Shown here: piece by piece, positions 13,654 to 14,289 of the stretch
How positions within the stretch are numbered: the first letter of the stretch is position 1
Layout of the letters: every line of letters begins with the position of its first letter
From: an uncultured bacterium
GTDB lineage: Bacteria; Lernaellota; Lernaellaia; Lernaellales; Lernaellaceae
DNA: 14,289 bases
Direction of reading: 5' to 3'
Assembly: GCA_964534375.1 (NCBI GenBank)
Contig: CAZHPN010000158.1
Location: 1-14,289, forward strand
Notes under the pieces: model-generated
What the model saw: only the letters and a program-made list of their open reading frames with translations
What the model was told of the DNA's origin: nothing
The model's database searches: none
Program-made: the position numbers and the translations under genes

Positions 13654-14289
13654 GTGAACGCAAAACTCGATCAATTGGCCATCAACGCGCTTCGCTGTCT
13701 CGCCATCGACCTCGTGCAAGCGGCCAATTCCGGCCACCCGGGCGCGCCGCTGGGCATGGCCCCGGCCGCGTACACGTTGTGGGACCGTTTCCTGCGCCAC
13801 AACCCGCGGGATCCCCACTGGGTCAATCGCGACCGCTTCGTCCTGTCGGCCGGCCACGCCTCGGCGCTGCTGTACGCTCTGCTGCACCTGACCGGCTACG
13901 ACCTTTCGCTCGACGAACTCAGGAATTTCCGCCAATGGGGCAGCAAAACGCCCGGCCACCCCGAGCGCGGCCTGACCCCCGGCGTCGAGGCGACCACGGG
14001 CCCGCTCGGCCAGGGCTTCGCCAACGCGGTCGGCATGGCCGTGGCCGAGAAATGGCTGGCGGCGCGCTTCAATCACCCGGGGCACGACATCGTCGACCAC
14101 TTCACGTACGTCATGGTCTCCGACGGCGATCTCGAGGAAGGCGTCAGTTACGAAGCGGCAAGCCTGGCCGGCCGCTGGGGCCTGGGCAAGCTGATCTGCC
14201 TCTACGACTGCAACGGCATCCAGATCGAAGGCTCGACGCACACGAATTTCCCGGATGACATCGGCCGGCGCTTCCAGTCGATGAATTGG
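13654..14289 (+). CDS. tkt: Transketolase, partial (runs off the window end)
   Basis: Absent from the ORF track; translated by hand: (M)[36 protein letters not shown]...[13 protein letters not shown]...[13 protein letters not shown]...[12 protein letters not shown]...[18 protein letters not shown]...[14 protein letters not shown] (TPP-binding motif). SD AAGGGGG lies 9 nt before GTG 13654; the in-frame ATG at 13645 is an alternative start. Confidence 0.97.
   Translation, partial: MNAKLDQLAINALRCLAIDLVQAANSGHPGAPLGMAPAAYTLWDRFLRHNPRDPHWVNRDRFVLSAGHASALLYALLHLTGYDLSLDELRNFRQWGSKTPGHPERGLTPGVEATTGPLGQGFANAVGMAVAEKWLAARFNHPGHDIVDHFTYVMVSDGDLEEGVSYEAASLAGRWGLGKLICLYDCNGIQIEGSTHTNFPDDIGRRFQSMNW

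Noticed and set aside
13636..14258. ORF-track calls 13636..14241 (-) and 13779..14258 (+)
   Set aside because: They overlap the true transketolase frame, which the track missed because it has no stop inside the window.

Overview
GC-rich chromosomal window from a diderm bacterium that probably uses selenocysteine (it has LolA and tRNA-Sec). A deltaproteobacterial-type lineage is my guess from the gene families only. In order: a 5'-partial ADP-forming acyl-CoA synthetase alpha-type gene (missed by the ORF track), lolA, a secreted papain-family (C1A) protease with an Asp-rich tail ending SGGCGG, a fatty-acid hydroxylase/sterol desaturase, a DUF4337-like membrane protein and a sensor-PAS-GGDEF diguanylate cyclase. 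A minus-strand three-gene operon follows (alkyl-DHAP-synthase-like FAD oxidoreductase, DUF362 Fe-S protein, FGGY kinase) directly downstream of a stand-alone tRNA-Sec. After it come a small membrane protein, an Asp-rich lipoprotein whose Cys-rich repeat is split by an in-frame TAG, an Asp-rich secreted protein with a C-terminal TM, and a 3'-partial transketolase. Best leads: (1) a recurring Cys-Gly motif plus Asp-rich stalk in three exported proteins, suggesting an undescribed TM-less C-terminal anchoring signal; (2) the AGPS-like/DUF362/FGGY operon as a candidate ether-lipid or glycerol-derivative pathway; (3) the amber-interrupted Cys-repeat lipoprotein; (4) three types of short intergenic repeat, including a 24-nt element apparently inserted into a palindrome arm. 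All family calls come from motif recognition by eye, with no database search.
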